Below the pieces are notes generated by a model that was not told the DNA's origin, ran no database searches, and worked only from the letters and a program-made list of their open reading frames with translations. A DNA stretch of 64,000 bases, from positions 79-64,078 of the forward strand of contig CAZGZR010000005.1 of NCBI GenBank assembly GCA_964529745.1, written 5' to 3'. Every line of letters starts with the position of its first letter. Within the stretch, counting starts at the first letter, position 1. The position numbers were made by a program, and so were the translations under genes. This document shows, piece after piece, positions 1 to 9,297 of this stretch. Source of the stretch: an uncultured Candidatus Bathyarchaeia archaeon (GTDB taxonomy: Archaea; Thermoproteota; Bathyarchaeia; TCS64).

Positions 1-1
1 G

Positions 2-145
2 AAGAAACGCAAGGTGGTGCGCGGCAACACCGTGAACGCGGAGATCGCGTTCCTCAACTTCACCGTGGTAGAGGCCCCCAAGGGCAAGAAGAAAGCAAAG
101 GAGCCGGCGCCGGCCGAGGCCCCCGAAGCGGAAGAAACCGAGTAG
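2..145 (+). CDS. 3' end of an unidentified protein (partial; gene starts upstream of the window)
   Basis: Open frame from the window edge to TAG at 143-145. Host-like GC-rich codon usage. Lys/Glu/Pro-rich tail ...KGKKKAKEPAPAEAPEAEETE. Only 47 aa visible, so no family call. Confidence 0.4.
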   Translation, partial: KKRKVVRGNTVNAEIAFLNFTVVEAPKGKKKAKEPAPAEAPEAEETE

Positions 146-149
146 CCCT

Positions 150-737
150 TTAATCTGTTTTACCGGAGAGCAGCTGTTTCAGGTCTTCCTCGCCTTCGCT
201 GTACCCCGAGGCTATTACGTCGTCGCCGGGCAGCAGCACTGTGCTGGGCCTGGGCTTCATCCATCTTTCTCCGCGTCTGATGTATAGTATCCACATCCCC
301 GTCTCGTCCGCGATCCTGGCCTCCTTCAAAGACTTGCCCGCCACGGGTGAGTCCTTCGACACCGTCACCCTCTCAACGGTCTCCTCGGCGTCCTGGATGA
401 CCATCTGCAGTATGGGGTGGGGCTCGATGCCCCTGAGCACCACCTCCGCTATCTCTGACGCGGCGTCGGCTATGCGCTCGGTGACGTTGCCCATCCGGAT
501 TATTCCCAGGAGGCTCAACGGGTCCACCACCTCGTCCGTCCTGGAGAAGACCCTGGATTGGAACTCGATGTGGAGGCTGTCCACCTCCTCCTCCAGTGTC
601 TGGACCTCCTCGGCGAGGTACCTGTTGTTGAGCAGCACGGCGGAGTACGCTAGGTCCATCATCATCTCGCTGGTGTTCTTCAGCTTCACTAGGTCGCTGG
701 TGATACGCTCCCAGTGCCGCATGTCGGCGTCACTCAA
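150..737 (-). CDS. PhoU-like helical domain / TrkA-C (RCK-C) domain regulatory protein
   Basis: 195-aa ORF. N-terminal helical region (DLAYSAVLLNNRYLAEEV) resembles PhoU-like repeats. C-terminal VSKDSPVAGKSLKEARI...LLPGDDVIASG fits a TrkA-C ligand-binding fold. Confidence 0.7.
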   Translation of the reverse strand: MSDADMRHWERITSDLVKLKNTSEMMMDLAYSAVLLNNRYLAEEVQTLEEEVDSLHIEFQSRVFSRTDEVVDPLSLLGIIRMGNVTERIADAASEIAEVVLRGIEPHPILQMVIQDAEETVERVTVSKDSPVAGKSLKEARIADETGMWILYIRRGERWMKPRPSTVLLPGDDVIASGYSEGEEDLKQLLSGKTD

Positions 738-1332
738 GGGTGTCCACCTCCCCCCGCGCGGCCTTTACGAGTATCTTCAGGCCCTCGTCTGTGCCCCTGG
801 CCACGAGCACGTCGTCCGGCACGAGTATCTCCTTGTCGGGGTTTATGTGCCAGTGCACGCCCCGCCTGATGGCTATTATGTCTACGCCCACCTCGGCGGC
901 GAGGTCCAGGTCGTCCACCGTCTTGCCTGCGAGGATGGAGTCCTCCGAGAGAACCACCCTCGCCAGGTGTTCCTCGGCCCTCTGGAACACCTCCCGCACC
1001 ACGGGGTGCACCTCTATGCCGCGGATGACGAGGCTCGCTATGTCCGCAGCGGCGTCGCTGATGGCGTTGGTGAGGCTGCCCACCTTGGCGACGCCCGCCA
1101 GGGTCTCGGCGTCGTACCTGTCCCTGGCCGCGAGCATTAGGTTCATGTTCAGCAGGTAGACCAGGTCGTCTACCTTAGCCTCTAGCGCCATGACCTCCTC
1201 CGCCAGCTCCCTGTTGTTGAAGAGGGCCGCAGAGTACGCGAGGTCGATCATCAGCTCGGAGATGTCCTTCATCTGTATGAGGGTCTCACGGACCGGGGCG
1301 GGCCTATACTCTGTCTTCTTCACCTTGCTCAT
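730..1332 (-). CDS. PhoU-like / TrkA-C domain regulatory protein (paralog of 150..737)
   Basis: 200-aa ORF with the same architecture (DLAYSAALFNNRELAEEV ... LSEDSILAGKTVDDLDL ... LVPDDVLVARG). Overlaps the downstream paralog by 8 nt. Confidence 0.7.
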   Translation of the reverse strand: MSKVKKTEYRPAPVRETLIQMKDISELMIDLAYSAALFNNRELAEEVMALEAKVDDLVYLLNMNLMLAARDRYDAETLAGVAKVGSLTNAISDAAADIASLVIRGIEVHPVVREVFQRAEEHLARVVLSEDSILAGKTVDDLDLAAEVGVDIIAIRRGVHWHINPDKEILVPDDVLVARGTDEGLKILVKAARGEVDTLE

Positions 1333-1465
1333 ATAAACGGCTCAACCTGTTCACTGGCGGCATCCTACCGTTGCACCCAACGAATCAAAATATGCAATAC
1401 TCGGACCGTTCTTAACCTTTCTGGTCTGCATGCACGGTGGTCCTCAGGGAGCGATTAACGCATGG

Positions 1466-3484
1466 TCAGGCATCTTCGTCTGGGTAGTGGATCTTGTAGA
1501 TCATGACGTACCCGTTTGGCGAGGCGTGGGCCCCCTCGAAGTACCTGCCGTCGGCAATCCTGTACATCAGGCTCGCGAGGGTTGACTCGAAGTAGGCGTC
1601 CTTGTACTCCCCCGTGGTCGAGTTGAGGTACTCGTCTAGTTCGAGTCTGCCGATCTGGACCATCCACGTCCACTTGACGTCGTCGCCGACCCTGAGAGAC
1701 TCATAGAAGTTGTTGGGGTTGAAGGCGTAGAAGACGACGATGTAGTCGGCGCCGTACCTCTCCAGCAGCTTGATGGACTCGTTCTGGGGCAGCATCATTA
1801 TCTTGCCTATCATCTCCAGCTGTCTCTCGGTCTGGGTGGCGCCGTCGGCCATGGTGGTCTTGCCTGCCATGGCCTCGATCCAGTACCCGTAGTCCCACCA
1901 GCTGCAAACGATCTCGTCGTCGCCCACGTTCTCCTTCATCCACTCCAGCGCCTCGGGCCAATCCTTGGAGTACTCGCCGCCGATCTTGTAGGGTATCCCG
2001 CTGTCCGCGAGGCTCGTGGGGCCGTCTGCCGTGCCCACGGCCCTCCGTATGCCGGGCATGAACCCGACGACGATGAAGAGTATGAACAACACGCCTAGGT
2101 ACTTGTTGACTCCAAAAACGGCTCTGCGCCTCTTTCTCCTCCTGCTGCCTCCCCCTGTCTCGACGGTGGTGGCGAAGAACGGCCTTGAAACCTCGACCAG
2201 GCCGTACGCGCCCATTATGCAGGCGGGGGCCGCGAGTATCTGGCTCAGACGCACCATAACCCCGGCGAAGTAGAGAGACGTCATGAAGAAGAGGACGCCG
2301 TAGATGTTCTTCTCGTTCTGGTTCTTCACGGAGAAGAAGACTCCAGTAGTTGCGAGGACGAGCACCGCGCCGAAGCTGCTGAAGAGGCTTGCCCACGACA
2401 CCACCTTGTTCTCCGCCACCGATTGGTAGAGGGCGTTCTCTATGGAGGTAAAGGGGTTGAGCACCCTGAGGAACTTGTAGGTCATGGGTATCTTGATGCC
2501 GATCGCTGGCAGAATATAGATGGCTAGGGCGCCTAGTATTATGGCGGCCCCTGCGATGTTCGCGAGGAGCTTGACGTCCACCCTGTCCTTGACGAGCTCG
2601 TACCCCACCATGACGGGCACCAGGCCGAATGCGGCCAGGTTGTCTATGGTGAGGAGCGAGTTGACTCCGAGCCTAGGCACCATGAGGACGATGAGGAACC
2701 CGAACCCGATGGTGAGGCAGTATGTGAGGAGGTGCCTGACCTCGAACCTCTCGGTGTAGAGCAGCAAGAGCATGTAGAGTATGAGGAGGCCGTTCATGTA
2801 CCGGGCAGCGCCCCAAGAGGCGAATATGTAGCCGAGGGTAAGCCCGGAGAGCACCCCGTACGCTATGCGGTGCTCCAGCTTCCTGTCCCCGTCGATGGAC
2901 CTCAGGAAGAAGAGGCCGATGGTGACCATGGAGAATATGCCGATGGTCTCCGTGTCGAAGAAGCCCAGCGTGGACCGGCCGATGAACGCCGGGTTCACGG
3001 CCAAGAATATGGCGGCGAAGAGCCCCGCCGCCTTGCCCTTAAGCTCCTTCCCCAGATAGTAGCTTGAGATGCATGTCAAGGACGCCATGAACAGGGGGAA
3101 GTAGAGGCATACTCGGTAGACCGTCGCCGAAGGTATGATGGGCTTGATAACCATGTACAGTAAAGCCGCGGTGAAAGGCACGCCGGGGTAGGCGCTGTTG
3201 GCCACGTTTCTTCCCATGGGGTACCAGCTCAGGCTGTCGTGCCACGTCCCCCACGCGCCGAACCCGTTCTCCACCACGTACTCGGTGGCCCGGTACTGGA
3301 ACAACGGGTCGTAGGCCGTGAAGTAGGGCCCATATTGGAGGGGTAGTACCCTGATGAGCGCGGCGATCACCAAGACGAGCGTGAGAACCCCCAGCTCCAT
3401 CGCCGTCGTCCGCTTCAGCCTCAGCGGAATCTTGGATAGGCTGGGCAATGCCTTGACGGGGGTTTCCTGTGCGTCCTCTGTCAA
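1466..3484 (-). CDS. aglB: Archaeal oligosaccharyltransferase AglB (STT3 family)
   Basis: 672-aa ORF. Polytopic N-terminal membrane domain plus a C-terminal soluble domain carrying the STT3 signature SWWDYGYWIE (WWDYG motif). Confidence 0.9.
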   Translation of the reverse strand: MTEDAQETPVKALPSLSKIPLRLKRTTAMELGVLTLVLVIAALIRVLPLQYGPYFTAYDPLFQYRATEYVVENGFGAWGTWHDSLSWYPMGRNVANSAYPGVPFTAALLYMVIKPIIPSATVYRVCLYFPLFMASLTCISSYYLGKELKGKAAGLFAAIFLAVNPAFIGRSTLGFFDTETIGIFSMVTIGLFFLRSIDGDRKLEHRIAYGVLSGLTLGYIFASWGAARYMNGLLILYMLLLLYTERFEVRHLLTYCLTIGFGFLIVLMVPRLGVNSLLTIDNLAAFGLVPVMVGYELVKDRVDVKLLANIAGAAIILGALAIYILPAIGIKIPMTYKFLRVLNPFTSIENALYQSVAENKVVSWASLFSSFGAVLVLATTGVFFSVKNQNEKNIYGVLFFMTSLYFAGVMVRLSQILAAPACIMGAYGLVEVSRPFFATTVETGGGSRRRKRRRAVFGVNKYLGVLFILFIVVGFMPGIRRAVGTADGPTSLADSGIPYKIGGEYSKDWPEALEWMKENVGDDEIVCSWWDYGYWIEAMAGKTTMADGATQTERQLEMIGKIMMLPQNESIKLLERYGADYIVVFYAFNPNNFYESLRVGDDVKWTWMVQIGRLELDEYLNSTTGEYKDAYFESTLASLMYRIADGRYFEGAHASPNGYVMIYKIHYPDEDA

Positions 3485-3615
3485 TTTTTCTCGGACTCCG
3501 ATACTTAGGATACGATGGGCTCTTATTTAAATTAAGAATACCCGGCAGCATACCGATGATCCCAAGAATAGTCTTCATGGATAGGCTTAACAGTCGATGC
3601 GCGTCTGAGAGTGTA

Positions 3616-3942
3616 ATGAGCCTCCAGTTCTCCACCGGCTCCATAGACCAGGAAGGAGTCGAGTTGCAAGCCGCGGTGGTCGAGCTAGAAAACGCCGTCA
3701 TAGCGTTGATCTGGGCGGGCGACAGGCCTCGCCTCGGCTCCATGACCGCCACGCTGCCCAACAGGGCCAGCAGCCAGCTCCTCGGGGACAGGGACGAAGT
3801 TTTGTCACGGATGGTGGGGGAGAGGCTTGCTTCGCGTCGCGGGAAACTGGTGCTTGTCTCCAGTAACCTCCCCACCGGCTTCCAGGTGGGTAGACCACTG
3901 CTAGAGTTGATGGACGAGTTGGTCGGTGAAAGAGTTGAGTGA
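3616..3942 (+). CDS. Small conserved-looking partner protein of the UbiD-family enzyme (possibly LpdD-like prenyl-FMN chaperone)
   Basis: 108 aa from ATG 3616 (MSLQFSTGSIDQ...). The ORF is open from 3469, and ATG 3556 is an alternative start. Its 3' end overlaps the UbiD-family start by 17 nt. Size and a GD-x-PRLGSMT segment recall LpdD-type proteins, but that is from memory only. Confidence 0.4.
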   Translation: MSLQFSTGSIDQEGVELQAAVVELENAVIALIWAGDRPRLGSMTATLPNRASSQLLGDRDEVLSRMVGERLASRRGKLVLVSSNLPTGFQVGRPLLELMDELVGERVE

Positions 3943-5263
3943 CTTAAGATCTTTCTTGGATGAGATAGATGACGAGGTGATCCGGATCAAGGAGCCCCTC
4001 AGCGCCAAGTACGAGATACCGGCGGCGCTGCACAGGTTCGACGGCGGCAAGGTTCTGTTCTTCGAGAAAACGAAGGAAACAGACACCAGGGTCGTGGGAG
4101 GCGTATGCGGGGCGAGGCACCGGATACTGAAGGGGCTGGGCCTCACCACCGAGAACCTCTACGAGAGGATGATCGACGCGACCAAGAACCCGGTGAAGTG
4201 CAGGGTCGGTGACGGCCCGGTCAAGGAGGTCGTGGAGGAGGTAAGCCTCAAGGATGTGCCCGTCCTGACACACTTCAGGGGAGACCCGGGGCCCTACATC
4301 ACCGCCGGCATCGTCTACACCAGCGTCCCCGGCGGCCACGAGAACGTGAGCTTCCACAGGCTCCTGGTGCTAGACGAGAGGAGGCTAGCCATACGCATCG
4401 TGCCCCGTCACCTCTATAGGTTCACCCAGCTGGCCAGGGACGAGGGACTAAGCAGCCTGGACGTGAGCATCAGCATCGGGCTCCACCCCGCAACGATGAT
4501 AGCTGGCAGCCTGACGGCGCCTTTCGGCGCGAGCGAGTTCGACGTGGTGAACAACTTCCACGGAGGCGGGCTGAAGCTCACGAGGTGCGAGCACGTGGAC
4601 GCCTTGGCTCCGGCCCACGCCGAACTGGTGCTAGAGGGAAAGCTGAGGCTGGACGAGAAGGTGACGGAGGGACCCTTCGTGGACCTATCGGGTACCTTCG
4701 ACGTCCAGAGGCAGCAGCCAATCATAGAGGTGGTGGGGGCGATGCACCGCGAGGACTACATCTACCAGGGGCTGCTCCCCGCGGGCTCCGAGCACAGGCT
4801 CATGATGGGTATGCCCCAGGAGCCCAGGATATGGGAGTACGTCCGCGGCGTCGTCCCCAACGTCCGGGGCGTGAACCTGACGGTGGGCGGCATGGGGTGG
4901 CTCCACTGCGTGGTGAGCTTCGAGAAGTTCAGGGAGGGCGACCCCAAGAACGTGTTGATGGCGATATTCGCGGCCCACCCCAGCCTCAAGCACGCCGTGG
5001 TGGTGGACAGCGACATCGATCCCTTCGACATGCAGCAGGTGGAGTGGGCCATAGCGACCCGGTTCGAGGGGGACGAGGACCTGCTCGTGGTGCCCAACGT
5101 AAGGGTGTCGAGCCTGGACCCGGCCTCCGACCAGGAGAAGGAGCTCGGCTGCAAGGTGGGGATCGACGCGACGCGCCCCATGTTCAAGGACCCCGCGGGG
5201 TTCAGGAGAGCCGAGATACCCGTGAGCGAGAAACTCCAGAAGATCCTCGACAAATACTCTTAA
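3926..5263 (+). CDS. UbiD-family (prenyl-FMN-dependent) decarboxylase; candidate anhydromevalonate-phosphate decarboxylase
   Basis: 445-aa ORF with GTG start and a typical UbiD N-terminus (LRSFLDEIDDEVIRIKEPLSAKYEIPA) and length. The pathway assignment is inferred from the nearby AcnX-type dehydratase genes. Confidence 0.85.
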   Translation: MKELSDLRSFLDEIDDEVIRIKEPLSAKYEIPAALHRFDGGKVLFFEKTKETDTRVVGGVCGARHRILKGLGLTTENLYERMIDATKNPVKCRVGDGPVKEVVEEVSLKDVPVLTHFRGDPGPYITAGIVYTSVPGGHENVSFHRLLVLDERRLAIRIVPRHLYRFTQLARDEGLSSLDVSISIGLHPATMIAGSLTAPFGASEFDVVNNFHGGGLKLTRCEHVDALAPAHAELVLEGKLRLDEKVTEGPFVDLSGTFDVQRQQPIIEVVGAMHREDYIYQGLLPAGSEHRLMMGMPQEPRIWEYVRGVVPNVRGVNLTVGGMGWLHCVVSFEKFREGDPKNVLMAIFAAHPSLKHAVVVDSDIDPFDMQQVEWAIATRFEGDEDLLVVPNVRVSSLDPASDQEKELGCKVGIDATRPMFKDPAGFRRAEIPVSEKLQKILDKYS

Positions 5264-5322
5264 CTTTATTGTGTTCTAACAGTAAACATTTAGTACTGGT
5301 TTAAGGTACGCAGACAGGGGGC

Positions 5323-6276
5323 ATGAATAAGGTCGGCGTGGCCGTCGTGGGCTGCGGCGTCTGGGGAGTAAACCACGCCAGAGTCTACGCCGAGCTCGAC
5401 GAAGCGAGGCTTGTGAAGATCGCGGAAGCGGATCCCGGTAGACGGAGGCTCGCCGGTGAGAGGTTCGACGTCCAGTGCTGCGCTGAACCAAGAGACGTCT
5501 TCAATGACGAGGAAGTAGACGCCGTCTCCATCTGCACTCCGACGGTGACCCACGCCCGGCTGGCACGCGAGGCGCTACGGGCAGGGAAGCACGTGCTCGT
5601 GGAGAAGCCCATGGCTACGACGCTACCCGACGCCGAGGAGCTGGTCAGGCTCTCGGAGAGGGAGAGCCTCGTCTTGGCGGTGGGGCTTGTGGAGCGTTTC
5701 AACCCGGCGGTCTCGGAGACGCTGAGGCTGGTGAAGGAAGGCTGCGTTGGTCGGCTGCTCACCGTCCACGCTTCCAGGCTCAGCAGACGCCCAGACAGGC
5801 TGGGCGACGTCGGCGTGGTCAAGGACCTGGCGATGCACGACGTTGACGTCGTGACCAGGGTGCTGGGGGCCCAGCCGGTCTCGGTTTTCTCGCGCTGCGG
5901 GAGCCTGAGCCACAGCTTCGAGGACTACGCGCATCTCAGCTTGATGTATGACGACGTGGCGTCCGGGTTCGTAGAGGCCAACTGGCTCACGCCCAGGAAG
6001 GTGAGGCGCCTCACTGTGACGGGGTCTGAGGGCGTCATCAGGGTCGAGTACCTGTCCCAGCAGGTAAGCGTGGAGAGGCTCGACGAGTTCACTATGATCG
6101 ACAACGGGTACAGGGAGCCGCTGATGCTTGAGCTCAGGGACTTCGTGGACGCTGTCCTCGACGACAGGGAGCCAGCGGTGACGGGCTTGGACGGTATCAA
6201 CGCTCTGAGGGTATGCGAGGCGGCGCTCCGAAGCTCCGCGTGTGGCCGCGTTGTTCGGCTCTCCGAGATTGGGTGA
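5323..6276 (+). CDS. Gfo/Idh/MocA-family NAD-dependent sugar-nucleotide oxidoreductase (WbpB-like)
   Basis: 317 aa. N-terminal Rossmann motif VAVVGCGVWG and EKP motif (VLVEKPMA) typical of the Gfo/Idh/MocA family. Lies in a nucleotide-sugar operon. Confidence 0.8.
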   Translation: MNKVGVAVVGCGVWGVNHARVYAELDEARLVKIAEADPGRRRLAGERFDVQCCAEPRDVFNDEEVDAVSICTPTVTHARLAREALRAGKHVLVEKPMATTLPDAEELVRLSERESLVLAVGLVERFNPAVSETLRLVKEGCVGRLLTVHASRLSRRPDRLGDVGVVKDLAMHDVDVVTRVLGAQPVSVFSRCGSLSHSFEDYAHLSLMYDDVASGFVEANWLTPRKVRRLTVTGSEGVIRVEYLSQQVSVERLDEFTMIDNGYREPLMLELRDFVDAVLDDREPAVTGLDGINALRVCEAALRSSACGRVVRLSEIG

Positions 6277-6285
6277 GGGATAGCG

Positions 6286-7629
6286 ATGAAGGTTGCGGTC
6301 GTGGGAATGGGCTACGTGGGGGTGCCGCTGGCGGCCGTCCTCGCCAACGTACCTGGATTCGATGTCGTTGGTGTTCAGAGGAGGTCGGAGAGGTCGGGCT
6401 GGAAGATCGATCTCCTCAACAGGGGCCTGTCACCCTACAGGCTGGAGCCCGAGCTCGGTGAATTGCTATCCAACGCCGTGTCCCGCGGCTGTCTCAGCGT
6501 GACCGACAGCCTAGACGCCTGCGGAGACGCGGAGTGCGTCGTCATCACCGTTCAGGTTCCCATAGACGAGGAGAGGAAACCCAGGTTCGAGAACCTTAGA
6601 CGGTTATCCGGTGAGGTGGGCTCCCGTCTCAGGCGTGGCGTCTTGGTCTCCCTTGAGTCCACGGTGCCGCCGGGAACCACGGAGAAGGTCGTGAAGCCCG
6701 CGCTGGAGGATCAGAGCAGCATGAGAGCCGGGGACGGCTTCAGCCTCGTCTACAGCTACGAACGGGTGACCCCCGGCAGGCTCGTGCAAAACATCAGACA
6801 CCTGCCCCGGGTCGTCGGAGGCTACACGCCTGGATGCGCGTCGAGGGGCGTCGAGTTCTACCGGAACATATGCTTGGCCGGCGTCCACCCTACGGACATG
6901 GCTACGGCCGAGGCGGCTAAGCTCGTCGAGAACGCTTACAGGGACGTGAACATAGCCTTCGCCAACGAGGCCGCCGTGATATGCGGCGGCATGGGGGTGG
7001 ACTTCTATCGGGTGAGGGAGCTGGTGAACGGCCTCCCCTACGTCGAAGGCGAGCCCCGGCTCGACCCCTACAGGCACGTACACTTCCCCGGCGCCGGGGT
7101 AGGCGGCCACTGCCTACCCAAGGATCCCTGGCTGCTTCTCCACGGCCACGAGGACGAAGGCTTTCCGCCGAGGCTCATCCCGGCGGCCCGGACCGTGAAC
7201 GACGCCATGCCTGGGCAAATGAAGAGGCTTGTCCTCGATGCTCTGGGCGAGCGAGGAGTGGGGCTCAGCGAGGCTAGGATCATCCTCCTAGGCTTAGGCT
7301 TCAGGGGGGACACCGAGGACGCCCGCAACAGCCCGACGCTCAACCTCTACGAGCTGCTGAGGCATGAGGCAGGGGACGTGGCTGTCCACGACCCGTACAT
7401 CGAGCGCTGGGAAGGGGTATCCCTGATCTACGACCTCGATGAAGCGGTTGAGGGCAGAGACTGCCTAGTGGTGACGACACGCCACAGCATGTACCTGGGG
7501 ATCGACCTGGGCTGGCTAAGAGGCAAGATGAACAAACCCATAATAGTTGACGGCAGAGACGTCTTCGACCCCGAAGAGTGCCGCGGAGAAGGCTTCACGT
7601 ACAGAGGCGTAGGCCATGCGCCGCGGTGA
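6286..7629 (+). CDS. UDP-N-acetyl-hexosamine 6-dehydrogenase (nucleotide-sugar dehydrogenase, WbpA/WecC family)
   Basis: 447 aa. N-terminal VAVVGMGYVGVPLA Rossmann motif and catalytic-Cys region GGHCLPKDP, typical of UDP-glucose/GDP-mannose dehydrogenase family proteins. Confidence 0.85.
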   Translation: MKVAVVGMGYVGVPLAAVLANVPGFDVVGVQRRSERSGWKIDLLNRGLSPYRLEPELGELLSNAVSRGCLSVTDSLDACGDAECVVITVQVPIDEERKPRFENLRRLSGEVGSRLRRGVLVSLESTVPPGTTEKVVKPALEDQSSMRAGDGFSLVYSYERVTPGRLVQNIRHLPRVVGGYTPGCASRGVEFYRNICLAGVHPTDMATAEAAKLVENAYRDVNIAFANEAAVICGGMGVDFYRVRELVNGLPYVEGEPRLDPYRHVHFPGAGVGGHCLPKDPWLLLHGHEDEGFPPRLIPAARTVNDAMPGQMKRLVLDALGERGVGLSEARIILLGLGFRGDTEDARNSPTLNLYELLRHEAGDVAVHDPYIERWEGVSLIYDLDEAVEGRDCLVVTTRHSMYLGIDLGWLRGKMNKPIIVDGRDVFDPEECRGEGFTYRGVGHAPR

Positions 7630-8755
7630 GCTGGCTCTGCTCGGCGGACCGCCCGCCTCGCCTACCTTTGTGAGGCTGGCCAAGCCGCACTTCGGCGAGG
7701 AGTGCATCGGACGGGTGGTTGACGTCCTTTCCTCGGGTATGCTCAGGGAGGGCGACGCCACGAGGGAGTTCGAGGAAAGGTTCTCCCGGAGGGTGGGGGC
7801 GCTGCACGGCGTGGCCGTGTGCAACGGGACGGCCGCCCTCGCCGCGGCGTACTCCTGTGCGTTGGAGCCGGGCGACGAGGTGGTGCTGCCGGCCTTCACC
7901 TACACTGCCTCGGCTGGCGCAGCCGTCCGGTGCGGGGCGAGGCCCGTGTTCGCCGACGTGGACCCGTCCACGTTTCTCCTCGACGTGGACAGCCTGGTGG
8001 AGAAGATAGGCGGCAGAACCAGGGCGGTCTTGCCCGTCCACCTCTTCGGCAGCGTGGCCGAGATGGGTGCGCTTAACGAGGCGGCGGAGGACCATGGGCT
8101 GTGTGTGATTGGGGACTGCTGCCAGGCCATAGGGAGCCGGTACATGGGAAGGGGGCTTGGCGAGGTCCATGACCTGTGCTGCTACAGCTTCTACCCGAGC
8201 AAGGTGATCACCACGGGCGAGGGAGGAATGGTCACGGCAAACGACCCAGAGAACGCCAGGTGGATCAGGGGCTTCAAGTCGCCCGAGAGAAAGGTGAGGA
8301 AGCAGTTGGGAGTGAACTACAGGTTCGACGACGTGAGGGCGGCGCTGGGCCTCTGCCAGCTGGACAAGATAGACTCTCTTATTTCCCGTCGCAGAATGAT
8401 AGCCCGTGAATACGACAGGGTCGTCGGCGGGCTCGGGTGTGCAGCACCCCAGAGGATCATGCCCCACGTCGAGAGCTGCTATAACTACTACACGGTCAAG
8501 CTGGACCTGGAGAGGCTTAGGTGCGGGAGGGACAGGTTCGTCGAGGCGTTGAGGGCCGAGAACGTCGAGTGCGGCGTCTACTATCCCTCGCCGCTTACGC
8601 GGCATCCCCTGCTGGGGGGTGGATCGGCTTGCCCCAACGCCGAGGAGCTCAGCCGGTGCGTCCTCAGCCTGCCCATGCACCCGTTCCTAGGTGAGGACGA
8701 GGTTGAGGCTGTGGCCGAGGCCCTGGGCAAGGTGGTCAGCCACTTTCTTCGGTGA
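7616..8755 (+). CDS. DegT/DnrJ/EryC1/StrS-family PLP-dependent sugar aminotransferase (WbpE-like)
   Basis: 379 aa with family-typical segments (NGTAALAAAY, YSFYPSKVITTGEGGMV). Overlaps the upstream dehydrogenase by 14 nt. Confidence 0.85.
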   Translation: MRRGELALLGGPPASPTFVRLAKPHFGEECIGRVVDVLSSGMLREGDATREFEERFSRRVGALHGVAVCNGTAALAAAYSCALEPGDEVVLPAFTYTASAGAAVRCGARPVFADVDPSTFLLDVDSLVEKIGGRTRAVLPVHLFGSVAEMGALNEAAEDHGLCVIGDCCQAIGSRYMGRGLGEVHDLCCYSFYPSKVITTGEGGMVTANDPENARWIRGFKSPERKVRKQLGVNYRFDDVRAALGLCQLDKIDSLISRRRMIAREYDRVVGGLGCAAPQRIMPHVESCYNYYTVKLDLERLRCGRDRFVEALRAENVECGVYYPSPLTRHPLLGGGSACPNAEELSRCVLSLPMHPFLGEDEVEAVAEALGKVVSHFLR

Positions 8756-9251
8756 CCTCCCACGCCCTCCTGCGTTCGAGGTACTCACTGTAGCCGTATC
8801 GGCGGGCCGCCGGGCTGCCGTGGTGTACCTCGCCGGGCGGCACGTCCCTGGTGACGACGGAGCCCATACCCACGACGGCGTGCTTACCCACGGTGACGCC
8901 GGAGAGGAGCGTAGCCCCCGCGCATACTATGGCGCCGTCCTCCACGGTGACCCCTTTGAGCCTCTTGGAAGGCGGGTAGGGGTCATTGGTGAACACGACT
9001 CCTGGCCCGATGAACACGTCGTCTCCGATGACGGTGCCCGGCGGCAGATAGACCATGCCCTGGACGCGGCAGCCGCGGCCTATGGTGACGCCGGAGTCCA
9101 CGTGACAGAGGGAGCCTATGGTGGTATCGTCGCCGATGCTGGTGTCGTCGCCTATGTAGGTTAGTTGCCATATCTTGACGCCCCTCCCGAGGGTGACGTT
9201 GCGGCCTATGGTGCTCGTCGATGACATGCGCTTCACATCCAGTTGAATCAT
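8736..9251 (-). CDS. Left-handed beta-helix (hexapeptide-repeat) N-acetyltransferase (WbpD-like)
   Basis: 171 aa of repeated [LIV]G-x4 hexapeptides (IGDDTSIGDDTTIGSLCHVDSGVTIGRGCRV...). Convergent with the aminotransferase and overlaps it by 20 nt. Confidence 0.8.
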   Translation of the reverse strand: MIQLDVKRMSSTSTIGRNVTLGRGVKIWQLTYIGDDTSIGDDTTIGSLCHVDSGVTIGRGCRVQGMVYLPPGTVIGDDVFIGPGVVFTNDPYPPSKRLKGVTVEDGAIVCAGATLLSGVTVGKHAVVGMGSVVTRDVPPGEVHHGSPAARRYGYSEYLERRRAWEVTEESG

Positions 9252-9297
9252 CGTCGAGGGTGTTTATATTCTCCCGGTTTCCTTTTCAAGTGATTCG

